Positions 16,496 to 24,836 of a stretch of DNA of 32,000 nucleotides are shown here, piece by piece; positions within the stretch are counted from its first letter, which is position 1, and each line of letters begins with the position of its first letter. A program made the translations under genes and the position numbers. The notes beneath the pieces were generated by a model, which had not been told where the DNA came from, did no database searches, and was given only the letters and a program-made list of their open reading frames with translations. Where the stretch lies: positions 440,684 through 472,683 of the forward strand of contig CBDBGW010000002.1 in the NCBI GenBank assembly GCA_965205315.1, read 5' to 3'. This DNA comes from Longimicrobiales bacterium (GTDB lineage: Bacteria; Gemmatimonadota; Gemmatimonadetes; Longimicrobiales; Gaopeijiaceae).

Positions 16496-16912
16496 GGAGC
16501 GAGCGCCGCGAAGGCACCTGGACTCAGGCCACGCGCACCCGAATATCGCCGCCATGACGATTGCCGAGGCCACGCAGTACCTGCACCACGCGCCGATCAC
16601 CACGGCCTCCAGGTAGGTCAGGTAGGCGCTGAAGAGCACCCCCACCAGCGCCCCGGCGAAGATCAGGAGAGCGACGGCTCTGGACCCCGCCAGGCCCTCG
16701 CCGAGACCGAGGAGCGCCAGAACGAGCAGCGCTAGGTACCCGGCGACTCCGATCGCCGATACTGGCACCGGGCCGATGGTGGCGTACTCCGACGACTGCA
16801 CGGTGGCGCACTCGCCGGACCCGCACGGCGGCGGCGGCGTCCACCCCAAGGCGGCAGAGAGGAGATAGAAGGCCAGGAGGGTGCCAACCAGGGAGAGGAG
16901 CGCGATCGCCAT
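16481..16912 (-). CDS. Vitamin K epoxide reductase (VKOR) family protein
   Basis: ORF trimmed to the ATG at 16912 (MAIALLSLVGTLLAFYLL...), downstream of the DsbA stop. Loop cysteines CGSGEC and the active-site CRYC lie in the last TM. Four TM helices. Adjacent to a DsbA-like gene. Confidence 0.75.
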   Translation of the reverse strand: MAIALLSLVGTLLAFYLLSAALGWTPPPPCGSGECATVQSSEYATIGPVPVSAIGVAGYLALLVLALLGLGEGLAGSRAVALLIFAGALVGVLFSAYLTYLEAVVIGAWCRYCVASAIVMAAIFGCAWPESRCLRGARSAEAR

Positions 16913-17000
16913 GCGGTTTCTGGGAGGCGAGCCCCCTGTACCGGAGCGGGGGGCGTGCTCCAGCTCTCCGGACGCCGATCCGGCCTCCGGACCGCCAGCG

Positions 17001-17684
17001 CTACTCAAGTCCCGCCAGGGAATCGATCGCCATCTGAATGTCCAGGAAGCTGGCACCCCCCAGCTGCAGCAGCGGCGGACCGCCGCGGTAGGCGAATAGG
17101 GCGGGCGTGCCGCTGACCCGGAGCTCCTGCCCCAGCCTCATGTTCGCGCTCACCACCTCTGCGTGGCGGTCGCTCCGAAGGCAATCCCGAAATGTGCTCC
17201 GGTCCATCTCCAGCTCGTCGGCCAGCTCCCTTAGATGGCCAACGGCGCTCCCGAGCGGCGACCAATCCTCCTGACTCGCGAACACCAGGTCGTGATACTC
17301 GAAGTAGAGGCCCTGGTCGCCGGCGCAGCGAGCGGCCCGAGCCGCCAGGAAGGCGTGCGGATGGGGGACCGTGAGCGGAAAGTCGTAGTACTCCAGCTTG
17401 GCGATTCCGGTCGATATGTACGCATCCGCCAGCTGCGGCTTGACGAAGAGGCCGAAGTGCCTGCACGCGGGACACTGGTAGTCGCCGAACTCCATGATGG
17501 TGACGGGAGCGGCCGTATCGCCGTACACGCCAGCCGGACGTGCCAGCTCTATCAGCTCCTGCTGGTCCATCTCGCCGAGCTCGACGGGGAGGACAGCACC
17601 TCCGCCCCCGCCGCGCAGCGCATAGTAGACGATCGCCGCACCCACTACCGCCACGCCACCGAATACCAGGTAGAATGTCCTCAC
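17001..17684 (-). CDS. DsbA-family thiol:disulfide oxidoreductase (membrane-anchored/secreted)
   Basis: N-terminal TM/signal segment (FYLVFGGVAVVGAAIVYYAL) and the thioredoxin-fold motif EFGDYQCPACRHF (CPAC). GTG start at 17684. Confidence 0.85.
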   Translation of the reverse strand: MRTFYLVFGGVAVVGAAIVYYALRGGGGGAVLPVELGEMDQQELIELARPAGVYGDTAAPVTIMEFGDYQCPACRHFGLFVKPQLADAYISTGIAKLEYYDFPLTVPHPHAFLAARAARCAGDQGLYFEYHDLVFASQEDWSPLGSAVGHLRELADELEMDRSTFRDCLRSDRHAEVVSANMRLGQELRVSGTPALFAYRGGPPLLQLGGASFLDIQMAIDSLAGLE

Positions 17685-17803
17685 GCTGCCTCTCGCTCGC
17701 TTCCCGCGTCCGCGCCTGTATGCTCTTCCCAGGTGGTCGACCTAGCTCCACCATCATCCCAAAGGTGACAAAGATACGGTATCGTGGCTACCCTGCGCCC
17801 CCG

Positions 17804-20416
17804 TCACCCCTTGGGCCGCTCCCCCTGCAGCTCGGTGATGTCCACGTCCCACCGCGCGTCGCCGAGCAGGTGCTTCACGAAGTACTCGGCCCGCAGCCAG
17901 AACCAGTAGTCGCTCATGTTGCCGAAGCCGTGGCGCTGACCGGGGAAGACGAAGATGTCGAAGCGCTTGCCGGCCTTGATCAACGCCTCGGCCATGCGGA
18001 AGGTCCCGGCGTGGTGCACGTTGTTGTCGATGTCGCCCGTTGTGAGCAGGAGGCGCCCCCTCAGATTGGCGGCCAGATCCGAGTTGCGGTCTATCTCGTA
18101 CTCGAAGCCGACGACCGCGCCGGTCGAGTCGGTGACCTCCTCGATGCCGTGGTGCTTCTCCGACCACCAGGCGTTGTAGACGTCGTTGTTGTGGTTGCCG
18201 GCCGACGAGACGGCCACCTTGAAGAAGTCGGGGTAGACGAGCATCGCGGCCGTCGACATGAAGCCGCCGCCGGAGTGCCCGTAGATGCCCACCCGCCCGA
18301 GGTCGATGTAGTCGTGCCGGTCGGCGAGCTGCTCGATGGCGACCTTCTTGTCCTCGAGGCCGTAGTCGCGGAGGTTGCCGTAGCCGTAGTTGTGGTACCA
18401 CTTGGACCGCGCGGGATGGCCGCCCCTGTTGCCGACCGTCACGACGATGAAGCCGAACTGGGCCAGCGCCTGCTCGTAGGCGTTTAGCGAGAACGACTTC
18501 GAGACCGACTCGGTCTGCGGCCCTGGGTAGACGTAGGCGACGATCGGGTACTTTCTCGCCGGGTCGAAGTCGTAGGGCTTGTACATGACTCCGTACAGCT
18601 TCGTAACGCCGTCGCCCGCCATCACGGTGTAGGGCTCCGGGAAGGCGTATCCGGCTTCCTCGAGCGCCGACATGTCGGACTGCCCGAGATCGAGGATCCT
18701 CCCTCCCGAGGCACCGTGAAGCGCCGCGGCCGGGCGCGTGTTCACCCGCGAGTAGTTGTCGACGAAGTAGGTCGCGTCCTCGTTCACCGAGACGCGGTGG
18801 TCGTAGTCGCCGGGATTTAGGAGCCGCAGGCCGCCTCCGTCCAGACCGATCCGGTAGAGGTGCGAGTAGTATGGGTCCTCCCCCTCCTCGCGACCGTTCC
18901 CGCGCACCAGGGCGTACCCCTCCTCCTCGTTGACGCCCGCCACGCCGCTCACATGCCACGGCCCCTCGGTCAGCCGGCTCCGAAGCGTCCCGTCGCTCCC
19001 GTATCGGTAGAGATGGGCCCACCCGTCCCGCTCGGACCACCAGATCAGGTCGCCCCCCGTCAGGCGATACGGCGGCCGGTGCTCGATGTAGGTGTTCAGG
19101 CGCTCCTCGATCACGACCGCCACCTCGCCGGTCGCCGGGTCGGCCCGCAGCACATCGAAGCGGCGATGGTCGCGCGAGTGGCGGTAGAGGTACAGCTCGT
19201 CGCTCCTCTCCGAGAGCCACTGCGAGAAGCGGATCGCGGAGGGGTCGGAGCTGTAGCTGGGAGGTTCGCGGTAGATGCCCATCCGCTGGTCCTTCCAGGC
19301 CCCGTCCTCGATCTGCGTCATTGTCCGCGACTCCATCTCGAAGACGTGCACGGTGGTCTGGGTCACCTGCTCCTCGCCCGGCATCTCGTACCTGTAGCTT
19401 TCGAGCTTTGGGCGCTTGTCGCCGACCGCGTGCACGACCCAGAGCTCCCGGACCTCGCGGCGATCCCGACGCGCAAGCGCGAAGTAGCGCGAGTCGTGCG
19501 ACCAGACGATCCCCGGCGACTGGCGCTTCTCGTACTCCTTCTCGGTCTCCTCGTCGTTGTCGCCACGACCCTGCCGGCCCCACGGAAAGTGCTCCTCGCC
19601 ATCGGTCGTCAGCTGCACCTCCTCGACCTCGACCTTCTCCTCGGCCCGCTCGACGTCGTCGCCGGTCTTCCCGCGCCTCGCCTCGAGGATCTTCTCGTAC
19701 TCCCCGTAGCTCATCGCCCAGAGGTTGAAGGAGCGGCTGAAGACGACCCATGCGGTGTCCGGAGAGACGCTGGCCCAATCGGGGTGTGTGATCGGCTTCT
19801 CGTAGTCCTCGAGCTCGCGGAGCGTGCGGGCCGCCACGTCGTACTCGAAGTAGTGGACCTTCTTGCGGGTGCGCTTGCGACCGTCCTGGCGCTCTTCGTC
19901 GTCCTCCTCCTGGTCCTGCTCCTCGATCTCCTCCTCGTCCTCCGTCTCTTCCTCCTCCTCGACCTCTTCGTCGAGCGACGACTCGACCTCGAAGCGCAGC
20001 GTCCCCTCGTCGATGAAGCGGATGTCGCGAATCGGGAGGTGCTGGGCGTCCCAGGGATCGCGCGTGATCCGCGTCAGCTCGGCGGCGATCCGGTCGTTGT
20101 CGAAGATCTCGGTGCGGCTTCCCCGCACGGGGTCGACGAGGTAGTAGCTGGTGCCGGCCGAAGACTTCCACTCGTACCAGAAGCGGTCGCTGTCGTCGAT
20201 CCAGCGCGGCGACACGCGGGTCGAGTGGAGCAGCTTCCTGACCTTGTAGGGCGCGAAGCGAGCGGCGAGCTCGTAGTTGGCTGGGCCCGGGCCCTCGGCA
20301 CCGGCGGAGGGGACGTCCTGGGCCTGGGCGGCGGATCTGGGGTGCGGCGACGCCAGCGCGAGGAGGATCGCCAGAAGGGGCGGCGTGACAGGAATCGGCC
20401 GATGTGGGCGAAGCAT
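17804..20416 (-). CDS. S9-family serine peptidase (DPP-IV / prolyl-oligopeptidase-like) with signal peptide and an acidic insert
   Basis: Signal-like N-terminus (PLLAILLALASPHPRSAAQAQD) and a long beta-propeller region. The C-terminal alpha/beta hydrolase carries the nucleophile elbow GHSGGGF and DIDNNVHH. GGAG lies 7 nt before the ATG at 20416. Confidence 0.85.
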   Translation of the reverse strand: MLRPHRPIPVTPPLLAILLALASPHPRSAAQAQDVPSAGAEGPGPANYELAARFAPYKVRKLLHSTRVSPRWIDDSDRFWYEWKSSAGTSYYLVDPVRGSRTEIFDNDRIAAELTRITRDPWDAQHLPIRDIRFIDEGTLRFEVESSLDEEVEEEEETEDEEEIEEQDQEEDDEERQDGRKRTRKKVHYFEYDVAARTLRELEDYEKPITHPDWASVSPDTAWVVFSRSFNLWAMSYGEYEKILEARRGKTGDDVERAEEKVEVEEVQLTTDGEEHFPWGRQGRGDNDEETEKEYEKRQSPGIVWSHDSRYFALARRDRREVRELWVVHAVGDKRPKLESYRYEMPGEEQVTQTTVHVFEMESRTMTQIEDGAWKDQRMGIYREPPSYSSDPSAIRFSQWLSERSDELYLYRHSRDHRRFDVLRADPATGEVAVVIEERLNTYIEHRPPYRLTGGDLIWWSERDGWAHLYRYGSDGTLRSRLTEGPWHVSGVAGVNEEEGYALVRGNGREEGEDPYYSHLYRIGLDGGGLRLLNPGDYDHRVSVNEDATYFVDNYSRVNTRPAAALHGASGGRILDLGQSDMSALEEAGYAFPEPYTVMAGDGVTKLYGVMYKPYDFDPARKYPIVAYVYPGPQTESVSKSFSLNAYEQALAQFGFIVVTVGNRGGHPARSKWYHNYGYGNLRDYGLEDKKVAIEQLADRHDYIDLGRVGIYGHSGGGFMSTAAMLVYPDFFKVAVSSAGNHNNDVYNAWWSEKHHGIEEVTDSTGAVVGFEYEIDRNSDLAANLRGRLLLTTGDIDNNVHHAGTFRMAEALIKAGKRFDIFVFPGQRHGFGNMSDYWFWLRAEYFVKHLLGDARWDVDITELQGERPKG

Positions 20417-20452
20417 GCGCGGACTCCGTTAGGGGTAGGGGGTGACAGTCGG

Positions 20453-20481
20453 TGTGTAAAGATTACATTACAAAATGTAAA
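20453..20481 (-). promoter_or_regulatory. Promoter-like box TTTACA-N17-TACACA (minus strand), 36 nt upstream of the S9 peptidase start; palindrome ATGTAA-N8-TTACAT at 20475-20494
   Basis: AT-rich island GTGTAAAGATTACATTACAAAATGTAAACCGTAGATTACATGTG, carrying several TGTAA/TTACA half sites. Confidence 0.45.
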
Positions 20482-20510
20482 CCGTAGATTACATGTGACA
20501 GAGGTACCCG

Positions 20511-22169
20511 CTACCGGTCACGGTCTCTCGGTTGCTTGCGAACCCGGTTGGCTCGTCCTCGGCCAGCCGAGCCTTCCCTTTCGAATACGATGTCGGCACC
20601 GTTCGGCTCGAAGGGGATCGCTACGGTCGCGGCGGTGCCGGTCTCGTCGAAGGAGAAGGTCACCAGGCCGCTCACCGCGAGGAGCGCCGGGCGCGAGGAG
20701 ATGCGGAAGATGTCGTCCCGGCGGTGCTCCAGACCAAGACGGAACTCGTCGTAGGCGATCTCGAGCCGGTCCGCGCCAGCGGCGATGCGCACCTCCATCG
20801 TCCCGTAGGCCGGGTGGCTGTAGCGGCCGACGTATGCCCCGAGCTCGCGGGTGGGTTGCGCCCCCTGGGTCCCGCGCTCCCCGTCGTCATCCGCACTCTC
20901 CGCTGCACGGGACCGCTGTTCGGCGTGCAGCTCGCGGCTGCGTTCGCTCCAGTCGATCTCGGGGAGGCCCAGCAGCCGGTCGAAGAGGGTGTAGGTCACG
21001 ATCATCGGGGCGGGGTTCGTGCCCCCGGAGCGGTTGGTGAGGACGATCACCCCGATCCTCTCGTGCGGCAGCCACGACATCGCCGAAGCGAAGCCGTCGA
21101 CGCCGCCTCCGTGCGTCACCATCGCACGCCCCCGATAGCTGCCGACCTGGAGCCCCAGCCCGTAGCTCGACTGCCCCACTTCGCCGTGCCTGGAGCTCCC
21201 GGGGATCGCGGAGTGGGGCCGCTGCATGAGGGCGGAGCTCTCGGCCGAGAGGTGCCGCCGACCGGCGAGGACGCCTCCGTCGAGGTGCATCTGGATGTAC
21301 GCCAGCATCTCGACGGCGCTCGAGTTGACCGCCCCGGCGGGACCGATGGCGTCCATCTCGCGGAAGGCCACCCTCTCCAGCTCCCCGTCGGTCAGCAGGT
21401 AGGGAAGCGCGTGGTCGCCCGCAGCTGCGATATCCGCCACCGAGGTGTTTGAGCGGGTCATGCCGAGTGGCCGGAAGATGCGCTCCTCGACCATCTGGCC
21501 CCAATCTACCCCCGCCACCCGCTCGGCCAGCTGTCCCGCCGCCATGAACATCAGGTTCTGGTACTGGAAGCGGCTCCTAAAGGACGCGTTGGGCTCGAGG
21601 TGTTGCAGCCGCGCGAAGAGCTCGGACCGGGTCACCGGTCGGCCGTACCAGACGTGGTCGTGCCGAGGCAGCCCCGACTGGTGCGTCAGGAGGTCGCGGG
21701 CCGTCATCTCGGCGGTGGCGAAGCCGTCTCGGAGCTGGAAGTCCGGGAGGTAGTCGCGGACCGGTCGGTCCCACTCGATCGCGCCCTCGTCGACGAGCAT
21801 CGCCAGGAGCGTCGCGGTGAAGGACTTGGTGTTAGAGCCGATCGGCATGACGGTGTGCCCGGTCACCGGGAGGCGCGACTCCAGATCGCGGTAGCCGTAC
21901 CCCTGGGCGAGCACCACCTCGCCGCCCCGCACCACGCCGACCGCAAGACCGGGAAGCTGCCACTCGGCGATGACGCTGGCCGCGAACCCGTCGAAGCCGG
22001 CCAGCGCCTCGGCGACGGGAGGGAGGGGTGCGACCGAGGTGGTGGTCGAATCGACCGCTCCCGGTCCGCGGTTCCCCACCTGGGCGGCTGCCGCTGGCGA
22101 TTGCGCGCAGAGCGCGGCGAGCACTCCGCAGACGACGCCCGGTGCGGTTCCAAGTCGGCTAATGTCCAC
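20511..22169 (-). CDS. Serine hydrolase of the class-C beta-lactamase / penicillin-binding-protein family
   Basis: Motifs SNTKSF (SxxK), YQN (YxN) and THGGG (KTG-equivalent). A signal-like segment GVVCGVLAALCAQSPAAAAQ is present. The start is uncertain: the ORF opens at 22301, and the GTG at 22169 (VDISRLGTAPG..) is chosen so that the signal peptide is N-terminal. Confidence 0.75.
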   Translation of the reverse strand: MDISRLGTAPGVVCGVLAALCAQSPAAAAQVGNRGPGAVDSTTTSVAPLPPVAEALAGFDGFAASVIAEWQLPGLAVGVVRGGEVVLAQGYGYRDLESRLPVTGHTVMPIGSNTKSFTATLLAMLVDEGAIEWDRPVRDYLPDFQLRDGFATAEMTARDLLTHQSGLPRHDHVWYGRPVTRSELFARLQHLEPNASFRSRFQYQNLMFMAAGQLAERVAGVDWGQMVEERIFRPLGMTRSNTSVADIAAAGDHALPYLLTDGELERVAFREMDAIGPAGAVNSSAVEMLAYIQMHLDGGVLAGRRHLSAESSALMQRPHSAIPGSSRHGEVGQSSYGLGLQVGSYRGRAMVTHGGGVDGFASAMSWLPHERIGVIVLTNRSGGTNPAPMIVTYTLFDRLLGLPEIDWSERSRELHAEQRSRAAESADDDGERGTQGAQPTRELGAYVGRYSHPAYGTMEVRIAAGADRLEIAYDEFRLGLEHRRDDIFRISSRPALLAVSGLVTFSFDETGTAATVAIPFEPNGADIVFEREGSAGRGRANRVRKQPRDRDR

Positions 22170-22231
22170 CCTCGAAATATAGGAAGGTGGACGGCGCGGA
22201 CGCCTCCGCGCCGTGTGCTCCTCCAGGATTT

Positions 22232-22331
22232 CTGGACGATGCTGACTCTGGGAGACCACAACCTCCCCCCGGTGGACGGGATTCGCGTGGTCAGCGGGCA
22301 CGACATACTCACGGAGATCGCTCCGTTGTGG
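22232..22331 (+). repeat. About 95-nt segment repeated at 27365-27459; possibly the 3' relic of a toxin gene
   Basis: ACCTCCCCCCGGTGGACGGGATTCGCGTGGTCAGCGGGCACGACATACTCACGGAGATCGCTCCGTTGTGG aligns with ACCTTCCCCCTGGCGAAGGGATTCGCGCGGTAAGCGGACGCGACATCCTGAGGGAGATCGCTCCGCTGTAG. They translate to ..LTLGDHNLPPVDGIRVVSGHDILTEIAPLW and (with one frameshift) ..VGDRTFPLAKG/IRAVSGRDILREIAPL*. Confidence 0.5.
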
Positions 22332-22426
22332 CGGCCGGACGAGCCCGCATCTTCGGCGAAGAGGGACCTCTCCGCGCAGGAGACGCTCCTGTACAGCAGT
22401 ACGGCATTACGGTTATCATGGTATCC

Positions 22427-22693
22427 ATGAAAGCCACCATCGACATTCCGGATGACCTCTACAGGCAGGTCAAGGCGGAGGCCGCGTTGCGAGGGCTCAC
22501 CGTCCGCGAGGTGACGACCCGGCTCTATCGGCGCTGGCTGAAGGAAGGTGGGGGAGGAAGAGCCCGGGAAGCTCCGTCGGTGTGGCTTCGCTCCTGGCTG
22601 GACGAGGCCGACGAGGCAATCGGGCGCACTCCACCGGGTCCGTCGGCGAGGCGGGAGTTGGCGAGGGACCGGGGCCGTCTGGGGGGTGAGTGA
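22427..22693 (+). CDS. vapB: Type II antitoxin, VapB-like (ribbon-helix-helix type)
   Basis: MKATIDIPDDLYRQVKAEAALRGLTVREVTTRLYRRWL... is a typical RHH antitoxin N-terminus. Its stop overlaps the GTG start of the PIN gene (GTGA). An alternative ATG lies at 22418. Confidence 0.75.
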   Translation: MKATIDIPDDLYRQVKAEAALRGLTVREVTTRLYRRWLKEGGGGRAREAPSVWLRSWLDEADEAIGRTPPGPSARRELARDRGRLGGE

Positions 22694-23112
22694 AGACACT
22701 GGTCATCGACGCAAGTGTGTGGGTGTCGGCGGCCGATGGGAGCGATGGGCTGTCGGAAGTCAGTCGGAGATTCCTTTCCCTGGTAGTGCAGCTGGAGGTT
22801 CCGATTGCTCTTCCCGATTACGCGGAACTCGAGGTCGCGTGCGCGATGGCTCGCCGGCTGCGTGATGCCGAGCAAGGGCGCCACCTCGCTGGGCGGATGC
22901 TGGAGTCTCCTCTGGTTACGACGCACGCATCGAATCGGGCAATGCTGCGGAAGGCCGTGGAAGTTGGGACCCGGAGGTTCCTTCGGTCCGGGGACGCCCT
23001 CTACGCCGCGCTCGCTGAAGAGCTGGAGTGCGAGGTGGTGGCGTGGGATGGAGAGCTGGTTGAGCGGGCAGGGGCGCTGACGCCCGCGGAGTGGATCGCG
23101 CGCAACTTGTAG
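22690..23112 (+). CDS. vapC: PIN-domain toxin (VapC family)
   Basis: MKTLVIDASVWVSA.. provides the first acidic residue in the LVIDAS context; ..SGDALYAALAEELECEVVAWDGELV resembles a PIN C-terminal pattern. 140 aa, translationally coupled to the upstream antitoxin. Confidence 0.75.
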   Translation: MKTLVIDASVWVSAADGSDGLSEVSRRFLSLVVQLEVPIALPDYAELEVACAMARRLRDAEQGRHLAGRMLESPLVTTHASNRAMLRKAVEVGTRRFLRSGDALYAALAEELECEVVAWDGELVERAGALTPAEWIARNL

Positions 23113-23153
23113 AGTGCTGATCGCGGATGGAAGGCGCGGTCACTGGCACGACA

Positions 23154-23207
23154 TGGTGGTCCACGATCTCCAGATCCCCAGGCGTCGCCGTTCCGCCAGT
23201 GAAGTCA
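23154..23207 (-). pseudogene. Stump of a higB toxin gene 3' end (about 54 nt)
   Basis: TGGTGGTCCACGATCTCCAGATCCCCAGGCGTCGCCGTTCCGCCAGTGAAGTCA aligns with the 3' end of intact higB at 26684-26736. It carries a 1-nt insertion and has lost the stop codon. It encodes ..NGDAW(fs)DLEIVDHH. Confidence 0.7.
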
Positions 23208-23211
23208 GGGT

Positions 23212-23301
23212 GGGGGGGCCTGCGGATCGGGACTGGACTCCAGACTGTTACCTTGTTGGTGGGCAAGGGGCCTCCGAGACGGGGCCTGCGCCACTACCAC
23301 C
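23212..23301 (+). repeat. About 90-nt segment homologous to 29756-29895 (imperfect direct repeats bracketing the island core)
   Basis: GGGGGGGCCTGCGGATCGGGACTGG...GGGGCCTCCGAGACGGGGCCTGCGCCACTACCACC aligns with GGGGGGTTGCGGATCGGGACCGG...GGGGGCCTCCTAGAGAC(x4.6)..CCTCCACCACCAC. Confidence 0.6.
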
Positions 23302-23336
23302 CCAGCAACCCAGGAGCTGGATTCAGTAAACTACGG

Positions 23337-23365
23337 TTTACAAAACGTAATTTCCGCTTTACATA
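23337..23365 (+). promoter_or_regulatory. Promoter-like box TTTACA-N17-TACATA, 25 nt upstream of the lipoprotein gene
   Basis: AT-rich island GTAAACTACGGTTTACAAAACGTAATTTCCGCTTTACATAG, followed by the SD AGGAGGG 6 nt before the ATG at 23391. Confidence 0.45.
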
Positions 23366-23390
23366 GTCGAAGCGAGCAGGAGGGTGCCCG

Positions 23391-24593
23391 ATGAGAACGC
23401 CTACCATCTCCACCCAGTTGCCCATGTCGGGTTTCCGTGCCTTGCGACGGCCGTCGGCGCTTGTGGCGGGGGCGCTGCTCGCCGCCTGCAACGGTCCGCC
23501 GAGGGTCTGCGGCGACGAGATTCCCGAGCAGGAGCTCTTCACGGGCGAGGATGTGCGTCTGGAGCCCTGCTTCGTGGACCCGGAGGGGGAGAAGCTCACG
23601 CTAGCGGCCACCTCGTCGGAGGAGCCGGTCGCGACCGCGCAGGTGTACGGGCTCGAGGTCAACATTCAGGCGATCTCGCCCGGCGACGCCGATGTGACCG
23701 TCACGGCAACGGATCCGGGCGGGCGGAGTGCCTCGCTCGGCTTCGGAGTTCTCGTGCCGAACCGGCCGCCCCACGCGGATGGCGAGCTCTCCGAGATCGG
23801 GATGCTGGCTGACGACACGACGGAGCTCCCGATCGACCTCTACTTCGCCGACCCCGACGGCGAGCCGCTGACCTTCGCGGCGACTTCAGGCGATCCCTCG
23901 GTGGCGAGCGCGTCGATCCGGGACTCGTCCACGCTCGTGGTCAGAGGGCTTGAGGACGGCGCCACCACGGTGACGCTGACGGCGACCGACCCCGGCGAGC
24001 TGACGGGTGAGCGGACGGTCGACGTCAGGGTGCTGGAGCCGGTGCTCATCTTCCGGGACGACTTCGACAGCAACAACTATGAATGGGCCTTCAACTTCGC
24101 CACGCGCTTCTTCTACAGGGACGGCCTGCTCCACCTGGGGAGCCGTGCCTCCTACTATTTTGGACTGGCCAAACGGTGGGCGAATGTGGCGGAGTGGGAG
24201 TTCAGGGCGTCGGGTGGCGTCACCGAGGGTGGGGACGGATGCTCCGTTGGGCTATTGTCGACACATGACCGCTTCATCGGTCTGGCTTCCTTCGCCGAGG
24301 GGTCCTACACGATTTACGGCTCGGGCCTCGGCTATGAGCGGGAGCGGGGCAGCTCGGACGCCGTGAGGATTGTCGGGGAGCGCACCGAGATGATCTGGAC
24401 GTCGAGGCTCGGCGTGATGACGCTGGCAGCTGGCGAGACGGTGCTGGCGAGGCTGGATCACGAGCTGTTTGCTCCCTCGTCGCCAGCCCTAATGGACGAC
24501 GCCGGGCTGACCATTTACTGTGACGACACCGACAACAACGCTCTCTACGACTGGGCCGATCTGTGGGCTATCGAGGCTGGCGACGAGCCGTAG
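23391..24593 (+). CDS. Lipoprotein with two Ig-like/cadherin-like repeats and a C-terminal jelly-roll (LamG/ConA-like) domain
   Basis: Lipobox LVAGALLAAC. Two about 95-aa repeats are present (F.DPEGE.LT.AATSS..V..A.V....V.I.A.SPGDA.VTVTATDPGG and YFADPDGEPLTFAATSGDPSVASASI..GATTVTLTATDPGE). The tail is rich in beta-strand-like aromatic segments. The domain names are pattern-based guesses. Confidence 0.6.
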   Translation: MRTPTISTQLPMSGFRALRRPSALVAGALLAACNGPPRVCGDEIPEQELFTGEDVRLEPCFVDPEGEKLTLAATSSEEPVATAQVYGLEVNIQAISPGDADVTVTATDPGGRSASLGFGVLVPNRPPHADGELSEIGMLADDTTELPIDLYFADPDGEPLTFAATSGDPSVASASIRDSSTLVVRGLEDGATTVTLTATDPGELTGERTVDVRVLEPVLIFRDDFDSNNYEWAFNFATRFFYRDGLLHLGSRASYYFGLAKRWANVAEWEFRASGGVTEGGDGCSVGLLSTHDRFIGLASFAEGSYTIYGSGLGYERERGSSDAVRIVGERTEMIWTSRLGVMTLAAGETVLARLDHELFAPSSPALMDDAGLTIYCDDTDNNALYDWADLWAIEAGDEP

Positions 24594-24675
24594 AGGCTGC
24601 TGCTCGAGCGCTGATCCGGGCCCGATCGCGGACCGATTCCCAGCGACGCTGCGGGTGCGCCGCGTCCCTGCCTGA

Positions 24676-24836
24676 CCGCAGATCGGGTCGGCCTTCTGCG
24701 ACCGCTGGGGGGGTGGCGGAACTGAGGCTCTTCGGGTCGGTGCTGCGCGACGACTTCGGGCCCGACAGCGACGTCGACGTTCTCGTCCGATTCTAGGCGG
24801 GGCGGACGGTGGGGCTGTTCGCAGCCGCCACTCCCG
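24676..24836 (+). pseudogene. Decayed MNT-type nucleotidyltransferase (HEPN-MNT antitoxin-like) gene
   Basis: One frame reads PQIGSAFCDRWG up to a G7 run (24707-24713). The next frame continues VAELRLFGSVLRDDFGPDSDVDVLVRF, the minimal nucleotidyltransferase GS..D.D motif. An in-frame TAG follows at 24794-24796, then AGRTVGLF. The gene is cut off where the higA duplication begins (24829). No HEPN partner is present. Confidence 0.6.

Noticed and set aside
17754-20171. 805-aa minus-strand ORF, and 726-aa plus-strand ORF at 18860..21040
   Set aside because: These are off-frame or antisense overlaps of the S9 peptidase and serine-hydrolase genes. They are Arg/Gly/Pro-rich low-complexity translations without catalytic motifs.
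23127-23366. 79-aa and 71-aa plus-strand ORFs between vapC1 and the lipoprotein gene
   Set aside because: They span the higB stump, the island-border repeat and the promoter box, and they have no start context or family resemblance.
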